A DNA stretch of 64,000 bases from Candidatus Hydrogenedentota bacterium (GTDB lineage: Bacteria > Hydrogenedentota > Hydrogenedentia > Hydrogenedentales > SLHB01), in the NCBI GenBank assembly GCA_963668025.2, contig CAXXTH010000017.1, positions 1,088,001 through 1,152,000 on the forward strand. The letters are read 5' to 3'. A model generated the notes under the pieces. It was not told the origin of the DNA. It searched no databases and saw nothing but the letters and a program-made list of their open reading frames with translations. The position numbers and the translations under genes were made by a program. Position 1 is the first letter of the stretch; each line of letters opens with the position of its first letter. Of the stretch, positions 39,698-48,424 are shown piece by piece.

Positions 39698-39741
39698 CTT
39701 TTTTCATCGCAGAGGCGCAGGGAACGCGGAGATTCGCCGAG
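39698..39741. repeat. Palindromic repeat, copy 3 (left arm only)
   Basis: TTTTTCATCGCAGAGGCGCAGGGAACGCGGAGATTCGCCGAG; a candidate degenerate partner arm lies at 40895-40928. Confidence 0.8.
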
Positions 39742-39777
39742 CGATTATCCGTAAAAACATCAGCAAGGTTATGAATT

Positions 39778-40830
39778 TCAAGTACAGATATTTTTATGAG
39801 TATGCCTATGTTGTATATCTGGATTATGTTCATGGGTATGGATGATCTCTTCGTGTGTATGTTCGTGGGTATGCTTATTGTGGAGATCCGGATCTATTTC
39901 ATGGACATGATTGTGATGGCCATCACTGTGAATATGCATGTGAATATGAGTGATTCTATGATGGGCGTGTGTATGGTTATGGGATGGAATGTTGCTAAAG
40001 AAAATTCCAATACATAAAATTATTACTGCAACTACTGTAATTGTGGTTACCGGTTCTTTTAGGAATATAAACGCTATGGCTATTCCCCAAAAAGGTGATG
40101 TGCTGAATAATACTTGGCTTTTCGTGGCTCCCAAGTTTTGCGCGGAAGTAATATAAAAATATATACTTATTCCATATGATATAATTCCTATGATTAAGGC
40201 GGCGCAAATATATTTTGCCGATATGCTTTCATTGCCCAGCATCATTCCTATACACAAATTTACTGATCCTCCAAACAATCCTTTAATAAAAGTGGTTGTT
40301 TGCGGGGTAATTCCATCGACAATCGATGTTAATTGATTATCAACTCCCCAGCAAATACATGCAGCAAGAACAAATAATCCGGAAAGAAATCCGCTAGATT
40401 CCTCTTGGTATGATATCAATATTCCAGCTATTAATGTGAAAATAATTCCTATTAAGGAAAATTTGTCAATATGTTCTTTGAAAACCAATACTCCTAGTAT
40501 GGCGGTAGCGGCCAATTCTAGATTCAACCATATGGAAACAGACATCGAAAGAGCAGTTTTGAGACCGAGCATCAAAAAAAGTGGCCCCAATAATCCACCA
40601 AAGAGAACGATTCCCGCTACATGCTTTGCTTTTCCAGTTTTAGCTAATGTTAGCAATACATCTCTTTTATTAGCGATAACGTATGGAGTGAAAGCTAATG
40701 CAGAACCGATATACAGCAATCCGGCCAATTGAAAGCTATTCAAAACAGACAATGAGACTTTGCTTAGAGGCGTTGCCGTTCCAAAAAGCAATCCGCTTAG
40801 CAATCCTAATAATATTGAAAACATTCTCAT
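39778..40830 (-). CDS. DMT/EamA family transporter with His-rich C-terminus
   Basis: About 10 TM helices, a His-rich tail and visibly AT-rich DNA. Confidence 0.85.
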   Translation of the reverse strand: MRMFSILLGLLSGLLFGTATPLSKVSLSVLNSFQLAGLLYIGSALAFTPYVIANKRDVLLTLAKTGKAKHVAGIVLFGGLLGPLFLMLGLKTALSMSVSIWLNLELAATAILGVLVFKEHIDKFSLIGIIFTLIAGILISYQEESSGFLSGLFVLAACICWGVDNQLTSIVDGITPQTTTFIKGLFGGSVNLCIGMMLGNESISAKYICAALIIGIISYGISIYFYITSAQNLGATKSQVLFSTSPFWGIAIAFIFLKEPVTTITVVAVIILCIGIFFSNIPSHNHTHAHHRITHIHMHIHSDGHHNHVHEIDPDLHNKHTHEHTHEEIIHTHEHNPDIQHRHTHKNICT

Positions 40831-40954
40831 GCCTTAACACTTTAACCGAAAATTCTACTTATCATATTTTTATTCAATTGCACCGCTTCTTCCACGTGAA
40901 TCTCCTCGACTCTGCGTTGCATCTAAAACACCCATTGGAACGGATGGAAACAGC

Positions 40955-41890
40955 CTATTCGGTTTCGATACTGCCGGGGGCCACGGCGCATACGATTTGG
41001 TTTTTGCCCCGTTTTTTAGCTTCATACAGGAGCGCATCCGCGCTTCGTATGATGGCTTCACTAGTGTATTTCTCTTCCGCCGGAGCCCAGATAAGCCCCA
41101 TGCTGGCCGTGACCGTGAGCGCGCCGGCGAAGGTGTTAAAGGGAACCCGATTGATCGACTGAAGGAATCGTTCGCCCAAGCCTTCGATGGCGCATGCGGG
41201 TATTTCCGTGGATACGACTAGGAACTCCTCGCCGCCGTAACGTCCGACCATATCGTATGAACGGCATACGGCGTCCAAACGGCGCGCCACTTCCACGAGC
41301 ACCTCATCGCCGCAGAGATGGCCATGGGTGTCGTTTATGCGTTTAAAGTTATCCAGATCGCACATAAGCGCCGCGATAGCGCCAGAGCGGCGCTGCTGGC
41401 GCGCCAGTTCGGAATTTAAGTGTTCCATGATGGCCATGCGGTTGGCCACATGGGTGAGCGGGTCGGTGCGGACGAGTATTTCCAACTGTTCGTTGGCCGC
41501 CTTTAATTTGAGCTGGAGATCGACGACGCGCTTCCCGGCATGAATCCGCGAACGCAGTTCATCCATGTCATACGGCTTCGTGAGAAAATCATCCGCGCCG
41601 CTATTGAGGGCGGTCACGATATCTTGTTTTTGTGATTTGGCGGTGAGGATAATGATGTAGGTGAAGGCTTCATCACCGCCCTGGCGTATTTGGCGGCACA
41701 CCTCGATCCCGTCGATATCGGGCATCATCCAGTCGAGAATAGCCAGCCGGGGTGAATTGGGCGTGCGCAGAACATCGAGGGCTTGCCGCCCATTTTCGAC
41801 GGAGGTCACCTCGTTGCCCCATTCGGTGAGATGCGCCTGGAGCAAGCACCGGGACACCTTGTCGTCATCGGCGATAAGGATTCTTTTCAT
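40955..41890 (-). CDS. Response-regulator diguanylate cyclase (REC-GGDEF)
   Basis: ILIADDD, LDWMMP, DLDNFKRINDTHGH, I-site RSYD, GRYGGEEF. Confidence 0.94.
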   Translation of the reverse strand: MKRILIADDDKVSRCLLQAHLTEWGNEVTSVENGRQALDVLRTPNSPRLAILDWMMPDIDGIEVCRQIRQGGDEAFTYIIILTAKSQKQDIVTALNSGADDFLTKPYDMDELRSRIHAGKRVVDLQLKLKAANEQLEILVRTDPLTHVANRMAIMEHLNSELARQQRRSGAIAALMCDLDNFKRINDTHGHLCGDEVLVEVARRLDAVCRSYDMVGRYGGEEFLVVSTEIPACAIEGLGERFLQSINRVPFNTFAGALTVTASMGLIWAPAEEKYTSEAIIRSADALLYEAKKRGKNQIVCAVAPGSIETE

Positions 41891-42129
41891 GGCCGCACCC
41901 CTATATGGTGCGGGCTATTCCCCTCGATATGCGATGAGAAGCGTGCAAACATTCGAGTACAGACGCCTTTGGGTTAAACACGCTGTAACTATAATAATAT
42001 AATCCGCCGCCCCGCTGTCATCATACTTGTTCCGGCAAGATCCTGCAACAACTTGTGGGGTGATCCCAGGGCTTACGCATCTAATAGTGCTCAAGAGTCG
42101 ATTTATCCTGTTGTGCATGATTTTTTCTG

Positions 42130-42411
42130 TCAACGTGGCCTGGGATTTTTCGCTTGGGGGAAGGTCTTTGCGCGCTCACGGCGGGTTTGCTTGACGACTT
42201 CGTCCACGTAGCGTTCAGCCAGCTTCATGAAAGCCTGGTAGCCATTGATGGCCTCTTTTAGGAACTCGGTTTCGCGCGCCGGCACATAGCGAACCACGTT
42301 CTTCTCGTTCTCCCAGCTCTGGTGGTTAAAGTGGGGACGCCCGCCCATTTGACAGAGCTTTCCGCGCTCCATCCGCTCAATCTGCGCCATGCGCTCCAGC
42401 AATGCTTGCAT
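42130..42411 (-). CDS. IS passenger protein (DUF6788-like), 5' end displaced by the ISKra4 insertion
   Basis: MQALLERMAQIERMERGKL...NHQSWENEKNVVRYVP; the original start MKHTKK is at 43807. Confidence 0.7.
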   Translation of the reverse strand: MQALLERMAQIERMERGKLCQMGGRPHFNHQSWENEKNVVRYVPARETEFLKEAINGYQAFMKLAERYVDEVVKQTRRERAKTFPQAKNPRPR

Positions 42412-42412
42412 C

Positions 42413-43782
42413 GGGTGCTCCCTCAATATGATAACCTCAATTGACCCCGTGGCGGGCCACGTGTTGCCAGAACTGGTCCCAACGGCCCTCGGTCATCTCC
42501 AGCGACCTGAGCGCGATCACCGCGCTCGCGCCCGCTTCCTTCCACCGCATCCCGGAGCATGCCAGGCGTTGCTTGATCAGCGTCTTGCACGCCGCCTCCG
42601 TCACTCCGCTGCCGATGGGAAGGCGCTCCGCCGTGTGCCGCCAGTATTGCATCTTCGAGCGGTGATTGCCGAAGTAGGTGATCGCCTTGCCGAGTTCCTC
42701 GCGGCAAGCCTGGGCGCGCACGCTTGGCAAGCTCGCCTTCATCTCCTCCAGCAAGCGTCCGGCTGCGCCCCTCGTGTGCTTCAGCCGGTGACTCCAGTCC
42801 GCCTCCCACTCCCGGCGGCGCGCGCCATGACCGTGAATCGCCTCCGCCGCCTTCCCCACGTATTCCCGCGCGTGATAGAAATCCAGCATCTGCCGGTCCG
42901 TGCGCGGCGTCAAAAACTTCCAGTTGTCCGGCGCGCCGTCGGCCAGGCCGATATACAGCGCCGCCGGGTGCCTCGCCCTCACGCGCTCCACCTCGCGGCC
43001 GAAGCGCTCGAGGAAAGTCTGCTTGCCGTACTCGGGCGATGCGCCCGCGTAGATCGTGTGCAGCCGCTCCCCGTCCTTGTCGTACAGGCTGATGGACCCG
43101 CACATCGCCTGACGCCAGCCGTCCTCCCTGAGCAGCATGCAGGTGCCGTCCAGGCCCACGGCCACCGACGCGACCGGCCTGTCCAATTCCGGCAGCTCGT
43201 ACTCCCACGTCTCCTCCCTGGCCTGCGCCAGGGCGCCCACAAAATCGCCGATCTTCTTCACATAGTCGCGCGAGATTGCGCGGCCTGTCGACTCGAGCAG
43301 GTCGCGGCGCATGACATCGGCGCCCATGCGGGAGTATTTTCCGCTGACGATCCGGGCGTAGCGCGGCGTGGCGTTCATGACCATTCGCGCGTCCCGCTCC
43401 AGCGGGCAGAAGGTGCGCCCGCCCGTGGCGGTGTTCTGGTAGACGTGCCGCTCGACGCGGACCGGGCCGTGGGGCGTCTCGTAGGTCTGGCCGAAGCGCC
43501 CCTTGGTTTTGAAGGTGGTGGCGCCGACGCGGATGGGCGAGCCGTCTGTGTCGAAACGGGCCAGGGCCTCGGCCATGACTGCGCGCCCCACCCCGTTCAG
43601 GGCCTCCTGGACCGCCTCCTCCATATCGAGCATCGAACCACGCAGCCTCAGCGAGAAACTCACCTCGAACGTGTCGCCGTCGCGCCTTGTCACCATCGCT
43701 GCCATCGGTCTTCCTCCGTTAAGGGTCCGGCATACTTATCGACCCGACACGAGGATTTCTTTAGCATTCTGCGGGAACACCC
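42413..43782 (-). mobile_element. ISKra4-family IS (1370 bp)
   Basis: IRs GGGTGCTCCCTCAATATGATAA / GGGTGTTCCCGCAGAATGCTAA (17/22); 8-bp TSD CTTGCATC at 42405-42412 and 43783-43790. Confidence 0.92.
42437..43705 (-). CDS. ISKra4-family DDE transposase
   Basis: FDTDGSPI, YETPHG, GLDGT, LADGA, LDFYHA, PIGSGVTEAACK, RLACSGMRW. Confidence 0.92.
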   Translation of the reverse strand: MAAMVTRRDGDTFEVSFSLRLRGSMLDMEEAVQEALNGVGRAVMAEALARFDTDGSPIRVGATTFKTKGRFGQTYETPHGPVRVERHVYQNTATGGRTFCPLERDARMVMNATPRYARIVSGKYSRMGADVMRRDLLESTGRAISRDYVKKIGDFVGALAQAREETWEYELPELDRPVASVAVGLDGTCMLLREDGWRQAMCGSISLYDKDGERLHTIYAGASPEYGKQTFLERFGREVERVRARHPAALYIGLADGAPDNWKFLTPRTDRQMLDFYHAREYVGKAAEAIHGHGARRREWEADWSHRLKHTRGAAGRLLEEMKASLPSVRAQACREELGKAITYFGNHRSKMQYWRHTAERLPIGSGVTEAACKTLIKQRLACSGMRWKEAGASAVIALRSLEMTEGRWDQFWQHVARHGVN

Positions 43783-43878
43783 CTTGCATCTTTTTGGTGT
43801 GCTTCATGGATTTTAATATATAGAATTCTATATACTAGAGTCAACAGTGCTTCGGCGCATGAATGAAAGGAGCACCCC

Positions 43879-45036
43879 ATGACCGCTGAAAAGAAATCCC
43901 TGCCCAAGCCCAAGCCTATTATCGAGTGTTTCGCGGGCCTGCCTGATCCCCGCATGGACCGGACCCGCAGGCACAACTTCATTGACATCTTGATGATTGG
44001 GCTATGCTCAGCCCTCGTGGGCGGGGAGAGCTTTTCGGATATGGAGCGCTTCGGCTGGCTCCGGGAGGATTGGCTGAAGGGCTTCCTGGAATTGCCCGGC
44101 GGCATCCCCTCGCACGACACCTTCAACCGGGTCTTTTCCGCCCTCGACCCCCATGCCTTTCTGGAATGCTTCGGCCAATGGGTGCAGGGCATTTGCCCCA
44201 ATCTAAGCGATGAGGTCGTCGCCATTGACGGCAAAGCCCTGCGGCGCGCCTTGAATCAGGGGGAGGCCATCCCCTACATCGTCAGCGCATGGGCTTGCGA
44301 GCACGGCCTGGCGCTGGGGCAGGTCAAGGTGGACGAGAAATCCAACGAAATCACCGCCGTCCCCAAACTCCTCAACGCCTTAAAGCTCAAGGGAGCCATC
44401 GTCACCCTGGACGCCATGGGCTGCCAGAAGGATATCGCCTCCCACATTATCCAACGGCAGGCCGACTACGTGCTGGCCCTCAAAGGCAACCACGCCACCG
44501 CCCTAGAAGAAGTGAAGGCCTTTTTCAAGGACGCCGTTCCCCCTTGCGCCACCCAGTGCGCGCCAACAGCCGACGCCACACGGATGGATTTCCACCAGAC
44601 CATCGACAAGGGGCATGGCCGCATCGAAACCCGCCGATACTGGCAATCCACCGACTTGGGCTGGTTCGAGGACAAAGGACTTTGGAAGGGCCTCAAGAGT
44701 TTCGGCATGGTCGAGTCCATCCGCAAGGAAAAAGGGAAGAACACCATCGAGCGGCGCTACTACTTGAGCAGCCTGCCCCTCGACGCACGACGATTCGCCC
44801 ACGCCGTGCGTGGACACTGGGGCGTGGAAAACAATTTGCACTGGTGCCTAGACATTATCTTTCGCGAAGACGACAACCGCGCCCGAACAAGAAACGCCGC
44901 CCAGAATCTCGCCTCCTTGAGGAGAATTACACTCAACCTCCTCAAGAAAGACAAGACCAACAAAGATTTCCTCAGGGGCAAGCGCTTCGCTGCTGCACTC
45001 GACCCCGAATACCTTCTACGTTTACTGGGAATTTAG
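43879..45036 (+). CDS. ISAs1-family transposase
   Basis: LPDPR, GIPSHDTF, AIDGK, KSNEITA, TLDAMGCQ, LKGN, HGRIETR, RGHWGVENNLHW. Confidence 0.96.
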   Translation: MTAEKKSLPKPKPIIECFAGLPDPRMDRTRRHNFIDILMIGLCSALVGGESFSDMERFGWLREDWLKGFLELPGGIPSHDTFNRVFSALDPHAFLECFGQWVQGICPNLSDEVVAIDGKALRRALNQGEAIPYIVSAWACEHGLALGQVKVDEKSNEITAVPKLLNALKLKGAIVTLDAMGCQKDIASHIIQRQADYVLALKGNHATALEEVKAFFKDAVPPCATQCAPTADATRMDFHQTIDKGHGRIETRRYWQSTDLGWFEDKGLWKGLKSFGMVESIRKEKGKNTIERRYYLSSLPLDARRFAHAVRGHWGVENNLHWCLDIIFREDDNRARTRNAAQNLASLRRITLNLLKKDKTNKDFLRGKRFAAALDPEYLLRLLGI

Positions 45037-45155
45037 ATGCGTAAGCCCTGTCTTGAATCCGGGCTTTTTTGTTTCCCTTCTCCGGCCCTTGCATGCTACC
45101 TTATTAAGCCGTTTCCGTGGCGGTCTTGGCAAAACGATAGGGGAGTCCTGCTTTT

Positions 45156-46046
45156 ATGAAGATCCATTCGCACTTTGTAGGTGCGCGAACCAAATTGCTG
45201 GAAATAGACGCTACTGGGCGGTTAGGAATGAACTACGCTGCGTCAATTGATGATTATAATCCGTTGTATTTCGATGATGCGCAAGACGGTGGCGCTATCT
45301 TGCCGCCCATGGCGAGCCTGGCGCTGACGTGGCCTTTCACGGGCAATTTTTTGGAGACTTGGGATCGAAACACGCTCACCAGCGATTTTCCGGTTGAAGT
45401 CATGCGCCAGCAGGTGCATTTTGGCGAAACGCTCTTCTGGAACCGCCCCGTACAGGCCGGGGAAAAACTGCATCTTCAAGGTTCGATGGCGGCCATTTTC
45501 CCCCACCGGGGAGGCACGGAAATGGTTGTGCGCTACGATGCACGGGATATGCAAGGCAACCTAGTATTTACGGAATATGAGGGGGCTTTATTGCGGCGGG
45601 TGCGCTGCGGGGACGAAGGAACGGGGATGGAGAATCTGCCTGCCGTGCCAAAATGCCCGCCAGTGGAACATCCCTTATGGGAAGCGAGTTCGCCTATTTC
45701 AAAAACGGCCGCCCATGTGTACGACGGCTGCACGAATATGCATTTCCCGATTCATACCTCGGCTAAATTCGCCCGGTCCGTGGGATTGAAAGGCATTATT
45801 TTTCAAGGGGCCGCCACGCTCAGCATGGCCGTGCGCGATCTCACCAACCGGGAAGCGGCAGGCGATGCATGCCGGGTCAAAGCAGTGTCGTGCCGGTTTA
45901 CAGGAATGGTCATGCCGGGCAGCGAGATCACCCTCCGGCTTTTACGACGGACGCAGTCGGAAACCGGCGCAGCCCTCTTTTTCGACGTGCTCAATGCCGA
46001 AGGAAAGCCCGCTATAAGCCAAGGATATGTCTTGTTATCACCGTGA
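45156..46046 (+). CDS. MaoC-like double hot-dog dehydratase
   Basis: YAASIDDYNPLY; second domain HFPIHTSAKFARSVGL...RFTGMVMPG. Confidence 0.8.
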   Translation: MKIHSHFVGARTKLLEIDATGRLGMNYAASIDDYNPLYFDDAQDGGAILPPMASLALTWPFTGNFLETWDRNTLTSDFPVEVMRQQVHFGETLFWNRPVQAGEKLHLQGSMAAIFPHRGGTEMVVRYDARDMQGNLVFTEYEGALLRRVRCGDEGTGMENLPAVPKCPPVEHPLWEASSPISKTAAHVYDGCTNMHFPIHTSAKFARSVGLKGIIFQGAATLSMAVRDLTNREAAGDACRVKAVSCRFTGMVMPGSEITLRLLRRTQSETGAALFFDVLNAEGKPAISQGYVLLSP

Positions 46047-46051
46047 TGGGC

Positions 46052-47347
46052 TCAAGAAGCGCCTTTGCCGTTATTTTCATGGAAGACCCGTTTGGCTTTC
46101 CCTTCTTGCCGGGGCAGGCCGCCGATAGGGAAGACATCCCCTTTCGGGCTGAAGCCTAGGCTTTCCTTGAGGGCCTTTTCGACGATATACCCCGTGACGC
46201 CCGGCTCGGCCTCGACATGGATGCGCACATCGCGCACGCCATCGGCCTCTTCGATGATGATTTGGTAATTCGAGCCTACGCCGGGAATCTGCATCAAGGC
46301 CTGCTCGACTTGGCGCGGGAAGAAATTCACGCCCTTGACGATCAGCATGTCGTCCACCCGGCCCGTAATAGGGGCGATGCGCACATGTGTGCGGCCGCAG
46401 GCACAAGGTTTGCGCGACACCACACGGGTCAAATCGCCGGTGCGGAAACGGATGACGGGCAGCGCCTGACGGGTAAGCGAAGTGACAACCAATTCACCGA
46501 TTTCCCCATCTTTTACCGGGTGGCCGGAGAAGTGGTCCACGATTTCGGTGATGTAATGGTCTTCCCACACGTGGATGCCGTTATGGGCGGGGCAGTCCAT
46601 TCCTAATGTGCCTACGCCGCCGGTCTCGGTCATGCCATAGATATCGAAGGCCTCGATGTTCAGGTTCTTGCTTATTTTCTGTTTCATCGACTCCGAGAAG
46701 GCTTCCGCGCCGAAGATGCCGATTTTGAGGCTGGGCAAGCTCTGGTCCAATTCGCTTAGCACTTCCATGATGCGGATGCCGTAGCTCACCACGCCCATGA
46801 GAATGCGCGTTTGGAAATCACGGGCGAGCTGGAGCTGGCGGTGGGTGTTGCCCGCGCCGGTAGGCAGGATGAATAATCCCGCTGCACGCGCGCCGTGGTA
46901 CATGCCGAATCCGCCGTTGAATAGCCCGAAGGAGGGGGTGATCTGCACCGTGTCGCCCGCTTCGGCCCCCGCCATGCGGTAGCACCGCGCCATGCATTCC
47001 GCCCATTGCAGCAGGTCGCTCTGGGTATAGGGCATCACCACGGGCGTGCCGGTCGAGCCTGAGGACATATGCATCTCGGAAAGCATATGCTTTTCGACGC
47101 AGCATAATCCTAGCGGGTAATTCTCGCGGAAAACCTCTTTATCCATGAAAGGGATCTTGCGCAGATCATCCAGGGATTGAATGTCTTCAGGGTCCACATT
47201 CGCTTCTTCGAAACGCGCATGCTGCGCGGGGTTCAACTGATAGACATACCGGAACGTCTCCTTGAGCCGTTCGAGTTGCATGGCGTTCAGTTCATCGGCG
47301 GATGCCGTTTCCATGCGTTTGTTGTGGAAGTGGCTTCCATCGCTCAT
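46052..47347 (-). CDS. paaK: Phenylacetate-CoA ligase family
   Basis: SSGSTGTP, YGMTE, RFRTGDL, GRVDDMLIVKGVNFFP. Confidence 0.88.
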   Translation of the reverse strand: MSDGSHFHNKRMETASADELNAMQLERLKETFRYVYQLNPAQHARFEEANVDPEDIQSLDDLRKIPFMDKEVFRENYPLGLCCVEKHMLSEMHMSSGSTGTPVVMPYTQSDLLQWAECMARCYRMAGAEAGDTVQITPSFGLFNGGFGMYHGARAAGLFILPTGAGNTHRQLQLARDFQTRILMGVVSYGIRIMEVLSELDQSLPSLKIGIFGAEAFSESMKQKISKNLNIEAFDIYGMTETGGVGTLGMDCPAHNGIHVWEDHYITEIVDHFSGHPVKDGEIGELVVTSLTRQALPVIRFRTGDLTRVVSRKPCACGRTHVRIAPITGRVDDMLIVKGVNFFPRQVEQALMQIPGVGSNYQIIIEEADGVRDVRIHVEAEPGVTGYIVEKALKESLGFSPKGDVFPIGGLPRQEGKAKRVFHENNGKGAS

Positions 47348-47928
47348 TGGGCGTTCCTCCCTACTTCAAAGGCCTGCATGTTGAGTGCGCGAAAACGCTC
47401 CGGCACACTCGACGCCACGGCCTCGCGCCAGGCGTCCACGGGCAGTTCGAGGCCCCGTGACACGGCGCCTACAATAATTACATTCGCTACGCGGGTGTTC
47501 CCCAGTTCTTCGGCGAGCTTCACGGCATCCAAGTATATCAAATGCGGAAACGCCCCGCGTATCCGCTCTTCCGCGTCTTCGGGATATTTCGCCGCGCCCA
47601 TGCTCACCGTAACCGGAATGGTCATCTGGCTGCTGACGACGGCAAGCCCGCCGGGGGCGAGATAGTGGGCGAAACGCAGCGCCTCGATGCGTTCAAGGGA
47701 CGCCAGCACGCGCGCCGCGCCTTCCTCGACCAGGGGGCTGTAGACTTCCGCGCCATAACGGATCTGCGCGACCACCGAACCGCCGCGCTGGGCCATGCCG
47801 TGGACTTCGTTGGTTTTCACTTGGAAGCCGGCGGCCATGGCCGCACGGGCGACAATTTCGCTGGCCAGCAAGATGCCCTGGCCGCCCACGCCCACTAATA
47901 CGACACTCGTGGCTTGTTCTGTTTTCAT
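47344..47928 (-). CDS. iorB: Indolepyruvate:ferredoxin oxidoreductase beta subunit
   Basis: GVGGQGILLA, EVHGMAQRGGSV. Confidence 0.92.
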   Translation of the reverse strand: MKTEQATSVVLVGVGGQGILLASEIVARAAMAAGFQVKTNEVHGMAQRGGSVVAQIRYGAEVYSPLVEEGAARVLASLERIEALRFAHYLAPGGLAVVSSQMTIPVTVSMGAAKYPEDAEERIRGAFPHLIYLDAVKLAEELGNTRVANVIIVGAVSRGLELPVDAWREAVASSVPERFRALNMQAFEVGRNAQ

Positions 47929-48424
47929 CGAGTTTATTAACTCCCCACACACCGGCTCGTCCGCTTGGCAAAGCCGCGCTATTTAAAACGCGCAAAGAAC
48001 GCAGAGCATCGCAGAGAATGCGCTATGTCTTAGCGGCCCGTTTCATACGTTCGGTGGCGTATTTAATCCAGCTTTCTATAAATCAACGCAATATACGTTA
48101 ATGTATTCATGAAACAAACTACTCTATAGATAACTCTATCGAGTTTGTCCAATCTTGCTCATCTTGTAAATCATGTCTAAAAATGGGCTCTTGCCTTCAT
48201 CCGCCAAAGTAACCTAAAAAAGACCTGAACAGGAGGTCTTCTTCTCCCGGCGGGCCTCCGCGTTCTTTTCCGCTATCTGGAAAAATGTTGTTTTCTAGCT
48301 TTTTTATACGCCGTTGTAAGGGCGCGTTGAATGCGCCTTCTCCTTTCTCGCATGGGCGAGACGCCCATGCCACGGGAGTTGTAAAAACATTAAAAAGATA
48401 TATTCGAGTTCATTCGCCCCGCTA

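Larger units (their letters stand above)
42067..45050 (+). mobile_element. ISAs1-family element carrying a passenger ORF and a nested IS
   Basis: Perfect 18-bp terminal IR CAGGGCTTACGCATCTAA at 42067-42084 and 45033-45050; transposase stop lies within the right IR. Confidence 0.85.

Noticed and set aside
37921-39741. Three similar repeats as a CRISPR array
   Set aside because: Spacing is about 900 bp with whole genes between, the repeats are too long, and there are no cas genes.
42057-42067. GGGGTGATCCC as the far end of the ISKra4 element
   Set aside because: A better 22-bp IR with a perfect 8-bp TSD lies at 42413.
42389-43816. 475-aa plus-strand ORF and other long antisense ORFs (e.g. 35651-37012, 31066-32043)
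   Set aside because: Antisense shadows of GC-rich genes with no recognisable motifs.
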